In this document: in pieces, positions 40,081 through 59,272 of the stretch
Position numbering within the stretch: the stretch's first letter is position 1
How the letters are laid out: the number at the start of each line of letters is the position of its first letter
Origin: the human T2T-CHM13v2.0 reference genome, Homo sapiens
DNA length: 64,000 bases
Assembly (NCBI RefSeq): GCF_009914755.1
Contig: NC_060944.1
Direction: 5' to 3' (one strand)
Notes under the pieces: generated by a model
Told to the model about the DNA's origin: nothing
Databases searched by the model: none
What the model saw: only the letters and a program-made list of their open reading frames with translations
Translations under genes and position numbers: made by a program

Positions 40081-41091
40081 AGTTTAAAAATGATGTATAT
40101 TTAATGTGCTTATTAGTGCAGTGTTTAGTATGTAATGAGCACTCAAAACTATTGTATAATACTATCAATAAGATATGGTCACTGTCATTACGGAGCTTTA
40201 ATCTAGATAAGAGATAAGACTGATGTATAGTTTTAAAAGCCTCAGAGTGAGGCTTTTGGTTTCCAGTCTGGCATGTAAGGAGCTGGTAAGTCATCACTCC
40301 TGTCCTCACTACATGGCAAAAGCAGAACATGCTGAAAATCAACTGTTCTTAGTTCCATCAGAGATTTGAGACCTTAGGGCAAATCCTTGACCCTCAAATT
40401 GGAGAGACAGGCAGAAACAAAGAATCACAACTTACTAGGCAAAAACTCAGGAATAGAAAACTCCACAGGAACTAGTACTAGAGAAGGAAAACCTGAATGT
40501 AATTGATGAATTGCTGGAGGCTCAGTGTGGACAGGTCCTAGAATTACAAACTCCAGGTCTTAGAGAGGCCCCCAGGCTTCACTGAGTTTTACTTTAAGGA
40601 ACCCTACCAGGTCCTCCTAGGGAAGATTGGAGAAAAATTCCCTGTGCTTCTGGCAGCGCATTATGTTCTTCCTAACAAGGACCTGTTCTCAAGAGAAACT
40701 ATTTTACCAGAGCCTAACTAACTGGGCTCTTATCAGAACCTAAGTAATCTGGTAGAAGGAAAATACTCAACTCTATCCCTCTCTAGTCTCCCTGAATTAC
40801 CCAAAGAGGAGAAAGGCTGAGGAGCATTTGTGACGACCACATCCCAGGGCCATAGGCTCACTAAAAGACCGTAAGAACTTATCATAGGAGAATTGAATGC
40901 TTCTCCTATCTCCACACTTTACCACCATACCAATAGGACTCCTGTATAATAATAAGGAATACAATTAAAATAACTAAGTATAAGACTTTTTTTAAGAAGA
41001 AGTATTTAGAGAAAGCCAAAGACAACGAGAGAAAACCAAAGACATTCAGAACATTTTAGATTTGGACACTGACAGCTATGACAAACAGTAA

Positions 41092-41428
<337 letters not shown>

Positions 41429-43101
41429 GCCCTTGGCTGTTCTAAACATCACACTAAACACTTTTTTAGTGTGATAAAACTAAATGCTTATTTGCCTCAG
41501 CTCCTTTTACCCAGGACATCATGTCTGGCTCTCAACAAAAGATTATATGTTATACTAATGAACAAAAAACACAGTTTGAGCAGATACAGCGAGCATCAGA
41601 ACCAGATTCACATAAGAGAGGTTAGAATTGTCAAACCAGAAATTTAAAACTATAATTAATATGTTAATGGGTCTAACAGAAAAAGTGAAAAGACATGTAA
41701 GAACAGAGGGGGTAATGTGTGCAGAGAGAGTAAAACTCTCTCAAGAATCAAAAGGAAACACTCATATAATATAATCATGCTAATACAACAGCAATGAAGA
41801 CTGCCTTTGATAGGCTCATTAGTAGACTGGACATCTTCAAGGACAGAATCACTGCGCTTGAAGAAATGTCAATGAAAACTTCTCAAACTGAAATGCAAAG
41901 AGAAAAAAGAATGGAAAAGACAAGATAAATATCCAAGAATTACAGTTTAAAAAGGTATAATATATATGTAATGAGAATACCAGAAGGAGAAGAAGAAAAA
42001 AATGAACAGAAGAAATATTTGAAGAAATAATGGCTGAGAATTTTCCAAAATTAATGATAGGTACCAAAGAATACATTCAGAAAGCTAACATAATATCAAG
42101 TAGGATAGCAACCAAAAACTACCCATAGACATATCTCATTAAAACTGCATACAATCAAAGATGAGAAAGTCTGAAAAGAAGCCAGAGGAAAAAAACACCT
42201 TACCTATAGAGGAACAAGGATAAGAATTACATTGGATTTCTCTTCAGAAACTACACAAGCAAGAGGAGAGTGGAATGAAATATCTAATGTATGAAAAGAA
42301 AAACTCCACAGCTTAGAGTTCTTTATTCACTGAAATTATTCTTCAAAGTAAAGAAGAAATATGGTTTCAGACTAACAAAAATTGCGGGAATTTGTCACCA
42401 TTAGAACTGCATGGCAAGAAATGTTCAAAAATAAGAAGAGAAACTTTTCAGAAAGAAGAAAAATGATATAGCTCAGGAACTTGGATCTACATAAGGAAAG
42501 AGTGTTAGAGGAGAAATAAATGAAAGAAAAATAAAATATTTTCCTTTTCCTATTTTTAATTGAACAAATAAAAATTTATTCAAAATAATAGTATCTACAA
42601 TGAATTCAGTGATTGTAGCTTATGGATAAGGGAAATGAATAATAGCAATGTTATAAGGAACAGAAGGGGAGGAATTGGCACTACTCTGTTATAAGATGCT
42701 TACATTATACATGAAATGGTATAGTGTTATTTTAAAGAGGACTTGGATTAGCTAACATATTTTAAGTTAATATATTAGCTAAAATAATACCTTTGACTAA
42801 ACTCAAGTGTAGTCACTAAAAGAAGTACAAAAAGAAGTATTTATATGCTCAGAGGGATAAAAATTGGAATCAGTTAAAACCAGAGAAGGCAGAAAAAGAG
42901 TGGAAGAGTAAAAAGAGTTAAAAAAATAAAAAGAATAAGGGCTACAGATAGGAAACAATAAAAAATATGGTAAATATTAATCCAACTATATTAATAATCA
43001 CTTTAAAAATCAATGGTCTATTATTCATTAAAAGACAAACACTTTCAGAGTGGACAAAAAACAGGATTCAACTATACACTCTCTACAAGAAACCCAGCTG
43101 A

Positions 43102-43437
<336 letters not shown>

Positions 43438-46400
43438 TTAAAAAGAAAATGACTTTAAATATAAATACATATAAATTAAAAATAAAGACATAGAGAAAAA
43501 ATGTTATGCTAATACTAATCAAAAGAATTAATTTTAGATGATATAGACCTCAAAGAAAAAAACAGGAATAGAGTGGCATTACATAATAATAAAGGAGTCA
43601 ACTCTCTAAGAAGATATAAAAATCTTTAATGTTTATGCACCTAACAACAGAGCATCAAAATATGTGGAATTAAAAACTAATAGAACTGCAAGAAAAGAGA
43701 GATGAATCCACTATTATAGTTGGCAACATCAACACCCCTGTATCAGTAACTGACAGGTTCGTTAGGCAGAAAATGAATAAGAACACAGATGAACTGAATA
43801 GTACCATCAATTAACTGAACCTGATTGACACCTATAGACTGCTTCATCCAACAACAACAGAATACACATTCTTCTCAAGCTCACACAGAATATTCACTTT
43901 ATGATAGACTGCATTTTGGGGTGTAAAGTATGCATTAACAAATGCAAAAAATAGAAACCATTCAATGTCTGTTCTCAGCCTATAATAAACTAAATATCAG
44001 TAACAGAAATAACTGGAAAATAATAGGTGGAATATCTGAAAACCTTGAAGATTAAACAACATACTTCTAAATAATACAAGGGTCAAAGAAAAAGTCTCAA
44101 GAGAAATTAAAAAATAGTTCGAACTAAATGAAAAAGAGAATATGGCTTATCAAAATTTGTGAGATGCAGTAAAAGAAGTGCTTAGAGAGAAATTGATAGC
44201 ATTGAATGCTTCTATTGGAAAAGAAGACAGGTTTAAAGTCAATAATCTAAGCCTCCAACTTAGGAAACTAGGAAAAGAAGAGCAATTAAATCCAAAGCAA
44301 GCAGAAGAAAAGAAATAATATTAATTATAGTAGAAATAAACGAAATTAACAACAGGAATTCAATAAGGAAAGTCAAGAAAACAAAAAAAAATGGTTCTTT
44401 GAACAAATCAATAAAATTAATAAAACTTTAGCTAGGTTAACTAAGAAAAAAAGAAGACAAAAATTACTAATCTCAGAAATAAAAGAGGGGCCATCACGAT
44501 CTCATGGGACAGTAAAAGGATAATATAGGAATATTGTTACCAATGCTTTACTCACAAATTTAATAACCTAGATGAAATGGACCAATTCTTTGAAAGACTT
44601 AGCCTACCACAACTCACACAAGGAGAAATAGATAATATTCATAGGCCTATATATTTGAAAAAAGGAGTCAATAATTAGTAATTTTTCAAAACAGAAAACA
44701 CCAGGTCTACATTGCCTCACCAGTGAATTCTACCAAACACATAAGGAAGAAATTATGCCATTTCTCTACAATCCCTTCCAGAAATAAGAAGCTGAGGGAA
44801 TATTTCCTAACTCATTTTTATGAGGCCATCATTACCCTAATACCAAAACCAGACAAATATATTACAAGAGAAAAAATCTACAGATCAATATTTCTCATGA
44901 ACATAGACTCAAAATCCTCAACAAAATATTAGCAAATCAAATCCAACAATGTGTAAAATGGATTACACACCCCAACCAACTGGGATTTATCTCATGTTTC
45001 CAAGTGTGGGTTAATATCTGAAAATCAATTAACACAACACATCACAACAGGCTAAAAAAGAGAAATTATATAATCATATTAATGGATGCAGAAAAAACAT
45101 CTGAAAAAATCCAATACTCACTTATGATTAAAAAAACTTTCTCTGGAAACAGAGAAAGACTTCCTCAACTTGAAAAAAAGAGTATTTACAAAAACTTGAT
45201 AGCCAACATTATATTTAACCATGTAAAACTAGATTATTTTGCTTATAAGATCAGGAACAAGGCAAAGATATCTGCTTTCACCATTTCTAGTCAAGATTGT
45301 ACTGAAAATCCTCATTAATTAAAACAATAAAACAAGAAAAGGATATTTTACAAGGTATACAGACTGGGAAGGAAGAAATAAAACTCTTTTTTTTTTTCAA
45401 ACAACTTGATTAGGTAGAAAATCCCAAAGAACAACAAAAATATAAACTGCTGGAATAAATAAGCAATTACAGTAAGGTGGTAGGATATAAGATCAATATA
45501 TAAAAGTCAATTGCTTTCCTATATGCCAAGGATGAACAACTTGAATTTGACAGTAAATACACAACACCACTTACATTAGCAACAAAAAGGAAAAGAAAAA
45601 GAAGTATTTAGGTATAAATCAAACAAAACATATACAAGATCTATATTAGGAACTCTATAAAACTAGTGAAAAAATCAAAGGCCTGAATAAATGATGATGT
45701 ATTCCATGTTCATGGATAGGAGAACGCAATACTATCTTAGATGTAGGTTCTTCACAACTTGATCTATAGATTCAATGCAATTCCAATAAAAACCCCAGTA
45801 AATTATTCTGTGGATATCAGAAAAAACTGATTCTAAAGATTATATGGAAAGACAAAAGACCCAGAATACCCAACACGGTGTTAAGGGAGAAAAATAGTGT
45901 TGAAAGACTGACACTTCCCAACTTCAACACTAAATATAAAGCCACAGTAATGAAGACAGTTTGGTTTTGACAAAAGAATGGACAAATAGATCATTGGAAC
46001 GTACTAGGGAGCCCAGGGAAAGACACCCACAGTTAGTTAGAATCAATTGATGTTTTATGAAGGAGTAAAGGGAATTCTGTGGAGAATAAATAGTCTTTTC
46101 AACAAATAATGCTGGAACAATTGGAAATTGACATGCAAATAAGTAAAAATAGGCATAGACCTTATGCTTTTTACAAAACTTAACTCAAAATGGACCATTA
46201 ATTTAAATGTAAGATATAAAACTACATACCCCCAGGTAACATAGGTAAAAATCTAGGTGACCTTGGGTTTGGTGACGACTTTTTGGATACTACATCAGAA
46301 GAACAATCCATGAAAAAAATTGATAAGTTGGACTTCATTAAAATTAAGAAAAACAATTGCTCTGAAAAAGACACTGTAAGAGACTGAGAGGACAAGTCAG

Positions 46401-47099
46401 ACTGAGGAAAAAATCTTTGTAAAACACTTATCTGTTAAAGGACTGGTATTCAAAATATAGGAGAAAAAACATCTTAAAACTCACAAATAAGAAAACCAAT
46501 AAACCAACTAAGAAATTGGTAAAAGGTCTGACTAGATATCTCACTCAGTAAGATATATAGATGGCAAATAAACATGAAAATATGCTCAACATCATATTTC
46601 AGTAAAGAATTGCAAGTTAAAACAATGAGATATCACTACATATCTCTTAGAGTAGCTGACATTCAAAACATTGGTAACAACAAATGCTGGCAAGGATGTG
46701 GGACAACAGGAACTCTTATTAATTGCTCATGGAAATAAAAAATGGTACAGGCATTTTGGAAGATAGTTTTCAGTTTCTTACAAAATTAAACATAGTCTTA
46801 CCATATGATCCAGCAGTTACACTCTTTGGTATTTAACCAGGTTGTTGAAAACATATGTCCACCATGATTTGCACATGAATGTTTATAGCTGCTTTAATCG
46901 TAATTTCCGAAACTGGAAGCAACTGAAGTGCTCACTTCAATAGGCGAATGTTAAACCAGGTCCCATCTAGACAATGGACTATTATTTTGTCCAACAAAAA
47001 GAAATGATCAAGCCATGACAAGACATGGAAGAACCTTAAATATATATTACAAAAGAAAGTAATCAATCCAAAAAGGCTATATACTGTATGATTCTCACA

Positions 47100-47250
47100 G
47101 CATCCCTGGCCTATGAGTTTGGTATTAAGGTTATTATTGGCTCCATTTTATAGATGACTAAACTAAGGCTTATCGTGGTTAAGTCCTGAAGTCACACATT
47201 AATGGCTGAGCTGGGGTTCAAACCCACATCTGCTGATTCCAAGTTACAGT
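47100..47250 (-). mobile_element. MIR
   Basis: 'ctccattttatagatgactaaactaaggctt...gtcacacattaatggctgagctggggttcaaaccca'. Confidence 0.8.
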
Positions 47251-47419
47251 TCTTTTTGCTAACTGGACCAAATCTATATGCATTTCATTCTTTGGCTGGG
47301 CCTTCACTACCCAAGCTTCCTATATTTTCTCTTATTGATTCCCTATTTCTTGCTCATCAGGATTCTAAGGTTTCCATTTTCCTCAAATACCATCTACATT
47401 ATCAGGTAAACGTACCCTC

Positions 47420-47715
47420 CTTCTAGCCATCTAGAGGGTGACAAAATCATAGAAGAGCTGTCCACACCTGTTGGGATCTGAGACCCTGGAGGAGACATTA
47501 CTTCTGGAAAAAAAGCCACCTGGGCAGATGACAAACCACGAATGGGAGAAGTGCCCTGGCCTCTTCCCCCTCTCTCCCTTCTGCCTGCCTTCTGCCAGTG
47601 CCTCCCACTGGCCATGCTGGCCTGGAATCCAGCTGGCAAGGAAGCTGAGACACATGGCTGGCCAGAGAAGGACAGAGCTTCTCCTTTCCCTGCCCCAGCT
47701 ATAGCTCTCCATGAG
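47420..47715. mobile_element. LTR16/LTR33-like fragment
   Basis: 'ccttctgccagtgcctcccactggcc...ggaatccagctggcaaggaagctgaga'. Confidence 0.5.
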
Positions 47716-48316
47716 GGTTTAGATACATTTGTCTTATATTTTCCAGTTTAAAAATTCAAGAAAGTTACCTGAAGGTTATTCCAAAAAATTATCTACAGAT
47801 AACCTAGCCCAAATTTGTGGGGAAATTTTGGGTTATCTGCCAAGGCAGCCCTTACTTACACCATGTTCTGGAAACTTCCTTGTTCCCTTTCTCCTCTCTC
47901 CACCCTGATCTGCATGTTTTATTATCTTGTTCTTGTCCTGTCTTCCAGTACAGGACGCATGACCAAAAGGTCAATTTTGGGCCAAGAGAACTTCAGTTTC
48001 TTTCCATGTCACTAGAGATATCACCTGCATACTCAGCATTCTGAGTAGAAGTGACCTTTGCAAAAACTGTGAAATAAATCACACATACCAAAGGATGTAT
48101 GTGATGAGTGTGTACATTTTAAAGAACAATACTTATTTTATAAAAGCCAAATATCTGCGCTGGAACCTTTGGAATCTGTCATGTACCTCCCTCAGGTGTA
48201 CCTCCCCACCTCCTGCCATTGCTTTGCTTTTATAGTTTTGCCATATGCATGTGTTTTTCTAAACAATATATGAGTTGCTTTTGAACTTTATATAAATGGA
48301 ATCATGTCTTAGGCAT

Positions 48317-48724
48317 TGTATTAGTTCATTTTCATGCTGCTGATAAAGACATACCTGAGACTGGGTAATTTATAAAGAAAAAGAGGTTTACCATTAAACC
48401 TCTTTTTAATTTAATGGTAAACTGTGAGGTTTACCATTAAACCTCACAGTTCCATGTGGCTGGGGAGGCCTCGCCATCATGGCAGAAGGCAAAAGGCATG
48501 TTTTACATGGCAGCAGGGAAGAGAGAATGAGAGCCAAGTGAAAGGGTAAACCCCTTATAAAACCATCAGATCTCGTAAGAATTATTCACTACTATGAGAA
48601 CAGCATGGAGAAACTGCCCCCATGATTCAATTATCTTCCACCAGGTCCCTCCCACAACACATGGGAATTATGGGATCTACAATTCAAGATGAGATTTGGG
48701 TGGGGACACAGCCAAAACATATCA
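48317..48724 (-). mobile_element. THE1 (B/C-like) solo LTR with an internal palindromic rearrangement
   Basis: 'tgtattagttcattttcatgctgctgataaagacatacctgagactggg'...'gccaaaacatatca'; perfect TSD ggcat (48312-48316, 48725-48729). Confidence 0.95.
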
Positions 48725-49039
48725 GGCATCTTTCTAAACGATATTTTCTTTTTCAATCCAGTATTATCTTCTTGAAATTCAAAAATATTTATGTTTTTAA
48801 CTGTGGTGTTTTCCACTTCTTCCTGCTCCATTGTGGAATATACTGAATTTATTGATTCAGCCTACTTTCAATAGACAATAAGGTTATTTCTAGATTTTTT
48901 TGATGCCACAATGATGCTATGGAAAAATTTTGTAACTTTTACTTGGTGCATACCATTGTTTTTCTAGGGCCAATAAGGCAAATATATTAGGGTAGAAATG
49001 CTCAATCATTTTGCGTGTGTGCACATACACACACACACA

Positions 49040-50233
49040 CAGTCATGCATCACTTAACCCCAGAGATATGCTCTAAGACATGCGTCATTAGGAGATTTCA
49101 TTTTTGTGCAAACATTATAGAGTGTACTTACACAAACCGAGATGGGATTAGCATACTACACACCTTGGCTATATGGTATAACCTATTGCTCCCAGGCTAT
49201 AACCTGCACAGCATGTTACTGTACTGAATGCTGTAGGCAACTGTAACACAATGGGAAGTATATGTGTATCTAAACATAGGAAAGGTACAGTAAAATACTG
49301 TAAAAAAGCTAAAAATTGATACACCTGTATAGGGCACTTACCGTGAATGTTGCTTACAGGACTGGAAGTTGCTCTGGGTGAGTCAGTGATGAGTGGTGAG
49401 TGAAGGTGAAGGCCTAGGACATTACTGTACACTACTGTAGACTTCATAAACACTGTATACTTATGCTACGTACATTTCTTAAAAAATATTTTTCTTTCTT
49501 CAAAACTAAATTAACCTTAGCTTACTGTAACTTTTTTACTGTATAAACTTTTACATTTTTTAAACTGTTAACTCTTTTGTAATACTTAGCTTAAAACACA
49601 CATTGTCCAGGTATACAAAATATTTATATCCTTATTCTATAAACTTTTTCCTATTAAATTGTTTTTTTCACTTTTTAAACGTTTTTTGTTAAAAACAAAG
49701 ACACAAACACACACATTAGCCTAGGCCTACACAGGGTCAGAATCATCAATATCACTGTCTGCTGCCTCCACATCTTGTCCCACTGGAAGGTCTTTCAGGG
49801 GCAATAACAGGCATGGAGCTGTCATCTCCTGTGAAAACAATGCCTTCTTTTACGGTGCCTCCTAAAGGACATGTATGAGGCTGTTTTACAGTTAACTTTT
49901 AAAAACAAATAGAAGTAAACTCTAAACAAATGATAGAAATTATTATAGTAGAGTAAATATATAAATCAGTAACAGTAATTTATTGTCATTATCAAATATG
50001 TGCTGTACATACAATAATTGTATGTGCTAGACTTTTATATGACTGGCAGCACAGTAGGTTTGTTTACACCAGCATCCCCACAGACACATGAATAATGCAT
50101 TCTACTATGATGTTTTGAAGGCTATGACATCACTAGGCAATAAGCATTTTTCAGCTTCAGTATAATTTTATGGGACCACCATTATGTATGTGGCCCATCA
50201 CTAACTGAAATGTCATTATGGACCACGTGACTG
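49040..50233. mobile_element. Tigger3 (Golem) deletion derivative, Tigger3b-like
   Basis: TIRs cagtcatgc / cacgtgactg|TA; 'ggactggaagttgctctgggtgagtcagtga...aggcctaggacattactgtacactactgtagact'; about 1.2 kb. Confidence 0.92.
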
Positions 50234-50468
50234 TATATATACATTGGGAAAGGGAGAGAGAGAGTCAGGTTTTCTGCTTAAATTATTTTCCAAAATAGTT
50301 TTAAGCCAATTATACACCATAATTAGGTATGAGCATTTCCACTTCTCTAAATCCTCACTGCCACTTGGAATCATCAGACCTTTTATGTTTTTCATTTGCA
50401 TTTTTCTCTGGTTACTAATGAGCTTGAGGATGTTTTTGTGTGTGTATTGGTCATTTGCTTTTACTTCT

Positions 50469-50819
50469 TATCTTAATCAGTTTGGGCTTTTATAGCAATC
50501 TATCATAGATTAGGTGGCTTATAAACAAAAGTAATTTATTTCTCAAAGTCTGAGATCCAGGTGCCAATATGATCGGGTTCTGGTGAGGGCCATCTTCCAG
50601 GCTGCAGACTGCTGACTTCCGGCTGTACTCTCACACGGCAGGAGGAAGATGAGAGTGCTCGCTAGGGGCCCTTTTACAACAACATTAATCCCATGAATGA
50701 AGGCTCCATCTTCACGATCTAATTATCTCCCAAAGGCTTCACCTCCTAATACCATCACCTTGGGGGTTAGGACTTCAACGCAGAAATTTTAGGGGAACAT
50801 AAACATTCAGTCCAGTGCA
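50469..50819 (-). mobile_element. MLT1A/MSTD-type solo LTR
   Basis: 'ggtggcttataaacaaaagtaatttatttctc...ctaattatctcccaaaggcttcacctcctaataccatcaccttggggg'. Confidence 0.88.
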
Positions 50820-52740
50820 TTCCTCTTTGAAGTATCTCTTCATGTTTACTAATTTTTCTATTAATGCTATTTATCTTTTATGGATTTATAAAAGGTATTT
50901 ATATACTTTTGATTCAAATTCTTTACATTGTATATGTATGGCAGGTGTCTCTTAATTTGTGGCCTGCCTTTTTATTTATTGAAATATTTTATTGAACAGA
51001 AGTTCTCAATTTTCATATAACTGAATCAAGCTGTCTTTTCCTGTCTGATTTTCCCTGTTTGTGTTTAAATAATTTTTGTTCTGTAGAAGATGCTTTTGGT
51101 GCCCCAGATCACATCCCATCAGCGCAAGGTCTGATTCAGTATTATTCGTGTTGGAAAATTCTACATAAACTTGGATTCCCTTCAGTAATTTCATTAATAG
51201 AGTTTCTACTGTTGATTTAACTTTGTGCTCCAGGAATAAATCCACCTTAGTCATATTAAATATATATTATTTTCCTGTCTGGATTCAGTGTCTAATCTTC
51301 TGTTTAGCACTTTGTGCATTTCTGGTCATGCTGAGGTTGTTTCTAATTTCCCCTTCCCTGTCCCTGTCTGGCTTTTCCATCAAAGTTATGCTTCTTTGGG
51401 GCTCTGAAAGAGTTTGTACAGGAGTACAATTGTCTATTCCTTGAATGCACAAATGAATCCAACTGTTAAACTGCCTGGGCCTGATATTGTATTTGTGGAA
51501 CATTTTAAATTAATGATTAAGTTTTATTAGTGTTTTTTAAACAGCATTCAGATGTTTCTATTTATTTGTTGAGTCAGTTTTAGTAAATTTTCTATTTCTA
51601 AGAATGTATCCATTTCATCGAAACGTATTGGCATGGTCATAATATCCTCTCATTCCTCTTAATGTTTACAGCATTCGTAGTGAGGTGCCCTTTTTCTTTC
51701 CTGACATTAGACATTAGTCACAGGTGCCTTCTGCATTCCTCCCTCTCTCCTCCCCCACCTCTCTCTCCCTACTTCCCTCTCTCTCATTCTTATTTTTCAT
51801 TCTTTCTGATCAATGTTGCCAGAGGTTTGTGAATTTTACTAGTCTGTTCAGAAAACCTACTTTTGGCAAAATCGATTGTCTCGATTGTATCTTTGCATTT
51901 CACTCATTTTGTTCTTATCCTTTTTATTTTCTTCTATTTCACTTAAGTTTATTGTTCTTTTACTAACTTCTTAAATTGGATGCTATGCTCATTTCTTTTC
52001 ACAATTGTACCTTATAAAATATGTGGTTTTTTTGGTAAGGTTGTAGTTTTAGAAATTCTACTGTACCACTTTTGCAATGGCCCAAGAGTTTTAATAAGCA
52101 ACATTTCATTAGTGTTAAAGCTAGTTTTTAATTTTTATTTATTCTTGACCTATGGGTTATCTGGTAAATACATATTATTCATAGATCAAGTGTGATAATT
52201 ATTCTGTTCAAATCACCTCTGACTTTATCAGCTGTTAGTATACTTGATGTATTGATTATTGGGAGAAGTGTAGTAAAATTTAACAGTGTGAGATTGGATA
52301 ATGGATTAAAAATGTTAAATTTAAAGTTATGTTTTAGATGGTCTAAATTTAAAATTGTTATATCTTCCTGGGACAATGATATTTTAACCTGTATGTCATG
52401 AGCCTTTAGCTTTGAATTTATTTTGCTGGAACATAATACACCTAACCAGCTCTCTTTGGGTTAGTATTTGCTGATACATTTCCTCTCCTTTTTTTGTTTA
52501 CTTTCAGTTTTTCCATGTTTTCAGGTTGTAGGTGTGTCATTTTCACAATAAGCAACTAGGCTAAAACATAATACAGTATAAAAAAGTACTTTTTCTGTGT
52601 AGTTCATTTACACCAATTATGATCACTGTGATTATTTTCAATCATCTTAGTTTTGACTTTTTATTTGTCTCATTTTTCAGTCTTTTCTCTCTTTGCCCCT
52701 TTTTAAAACTTCTAGCATTTTTTATTGTACTAGACTAGAA
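50820..52740 (-). mobile_element. Highly decayed L1ME-type ORF2 fragments
   Basis: T-rich L1-like motifs; ORF remnant 'QEDITILNL' at 52179-52376. Confidence 0.6.
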
Positions 52741-52756
52741 GATACATAATCAGTTT

Positions 52757-53048
52757 TGTGTGTGTGTGTGTGGGTGTGTTTCCTTTTTTTGAGACAGAGT
52801 TTCACTCTTGTTGCCCAGGCTGGAGTGCAGTGGCACGATCTTGGCTCAAGCGATTCTCCTGCCACAGCCTCCCCAGTAACTGGGATTAGAAGCGCCTGCC
52901 ACCTCACCTGGCTAATTTTTGTATTTTTAGTAGAGACGGGGTTTCACCATATTGGCCAGGCTGGTCTCCAGCTCCTGACCTCAGGTGATCCACCCACCTC
53001 GGCCTCCCAAAGTGCTGGGATTACAGGCGTGAGCCAACGTGCTTAGCC
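52757..53048 (-). mobile_element. Alu (AluSq/Sp-like) with a right-arm deletion and (TG)n in the tail
   Basis: 'gagtttcactcttgttgcccagg'; 'cttggctcaagcgattctcc' lacks the ctgcaacctccgcctcccgggttca segment; flanks cagtttt on both sides. Confidence 0.94.
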
Positions 53049-55376
53049 AGTTTTCTTTTTTTTTAGTGAATACACGGGAAATTCTAACCTGCATATTTAA
53101 CCTAATAATGACCAATATTAATCAGCACCTTTATGCTCTTCTCAGACAATACAATGATCCAAAAATTCCTTAACCTCATTTTTCCCTCCATGTAAGTCTT
53201 CAAATTTCTATTTTCTCCCATTCTGTGGTTTTTCAGTCTCTTGATAGTATCCCTTTATGCACGACAGTTTTTAATGTTGACAAAGTGCAATTTATCTATT
53301 TTTCTTTTGTTGCCTGTGCTTTTGGTGACATGTATGAGAAACCATGGCCAAATCCAGTGTCATGCAGGTTTGCCCCTATGTTTTCTTCTAAGAGCTTTTA
53401 TAGTTTTAGCTATTCTATTTCTATTATTGATCTATTTTGAGTTATTTCCTGTATGTGGTGTGAGGTCCATCTTTATTCTTTTGCATGTAGATATCCGGTT
53501 TTCCCAGCACCATTTGTTGAAAAGACAATTCTTTCTCCATGTATGGGTTTATTTTTGGACTCTCAATTTTATTCCATTGGTCTATATGTCTATCCTCATG
53601 CTAGGACCATATCATTTTGATTACTGTACCTTTGTAGTAAGTTTGAAATCAAGAAGTATAAGTTCTCCAACTTTTTAAAAATTATTTTTCAAGGACTCTT
53701 TTAGTTATTTGGGGACTCTTGCAATTCTGTATGAATTTGAGAACTGGCTTTTCCATTTCCGAAAAAAGAGTTGTTGGAATTTTGACAGAAATTACGTTGA
53801 ATCTGTAGGTAACTTTGGATACTATTGATATCTTAACAATATTAAGTTTTCTTATTCACAAATGCAGGATGTTTTTCCATCTGTTTAGATCTTCATTTAT
53901 TTCAATAATATTTTAAAATTTTCAAGTATTTCACTTCCTTGGATAAATTTATTCCTGAGATTTTATTTTTTTAGATGCTATTATAATTGGAATTCCTTTT
54001 TAAATTTTATTTTTGGATTGTTTGTTACAGATTTTTTGTGTGTGTTTATCTTGTATCGTGCAATTATGATGAATTCATTGATTAGCTCTAGTAGCTTTTT
54101 TTGCAGATTCTTTGGTATTTTCTATATATAGGATCATGCCATTTGCTAATAAATATAGCTTTACTTCTTCCTTTTTAATTTGGGTGCCTTTTATTTCTTT
54201 TTAAATGTCTTTGGAAAAAATTCCAATACAATGTTTACAGTGTTGAAAAGAAATAGTGATTCCTTCTTGGTATCAAGGATACCAAGAAGTTGGAATTCCT
54301 TGTTTATTCCTGATCTTAGGAAGAAATATTTCAGTCTTTCACCATTAAGTGTGAAGCTGTGAGATTTTCATAAATGCCCTTCATCATGTTGAGAAAGCTT
54401 TATTTTATGTTGAGTTTTCTGAGTGTCTTTATCTGAGGGTGTTGGATTTGGATAAATTCCTTATCTACATCAATTGACATGATAGTGTGTTTTTTTCTTC
54501 ATTCTATGAATGTAATATATTACACTGATAGATTTTTATATGTTGAACCACCCTTGCATTTCTTAGATAAATCCCATTTTATCATAGTGTGTTATCTTTT
54601 TGATATGCTGTTAGATTCAGTTTTCTAGTATTTTGTTGAGAATTTTTCTGCATCAATATTCATAAGGTATACAGTACCATATGTAATTTTTTATGATGTC
54701 TTTTCCTGGCTTTGCAATGTTACCTTCATAGAATGAATAAGAAGTGTTACTTCTTCTATTTTTTTGGAAGAGAATGAGACAAATTGTTGTTAATTCTTTT
54801 TTAAATATTTGATATAATTTACTAGGTGTGAAGTTATCTGGTCCTAGACTTTTCTTTGTTGGGAAGTTTTTTTTTTTTTAATTACTGATTCAATCTCTTT
54901 GCTTGTTAGAGGTCTGTTGAGATTTTCTATTTCTTCTTGAGTCAGTTTAGGTAATTTGTATGGTTCTAGGAATGTTTCATTTCAACTAGGTTATGTAACT
55001 TGTTGGTGCACAATTGCTTGCAATATTTTGTTATGACCCTTTGTATTTTTGTAGGGTTGGTAGTAATGACCTCACTTTCATTTCTCCTTTTAGTTATCTA
55101 TGACTTCTCTCTTTTTATGTCTGTCAGCTCAGCCAGAAGTTTGTCAGCTCTTTTCATATTTATTTATTTATTATTATACTTTAAGCTCTATGGTATGTGT
55201 GCACAACGTGCAGGTTTGTTACATATGTATACATGTGGCATGTTGGTGTGCTGCACCCATTAACTCGTCATTTACATTAGGTATTTCTCCTAATGCAATC
55301 CCTCCCCACTCCCCCAACCCCACGACAGGCCCTGGTGTGTGATGATTCCCACCCTGTGTCCAAGGGTTCCCATTGT

Positions 55377-59209
<3,833 letters not shown>

Positions 59210-59272
59210 TATGATGTTAGCTGGATATGTTGCTCATTAGTTGATGCAGTTTCTTCCTAGCATCAATGGTCT

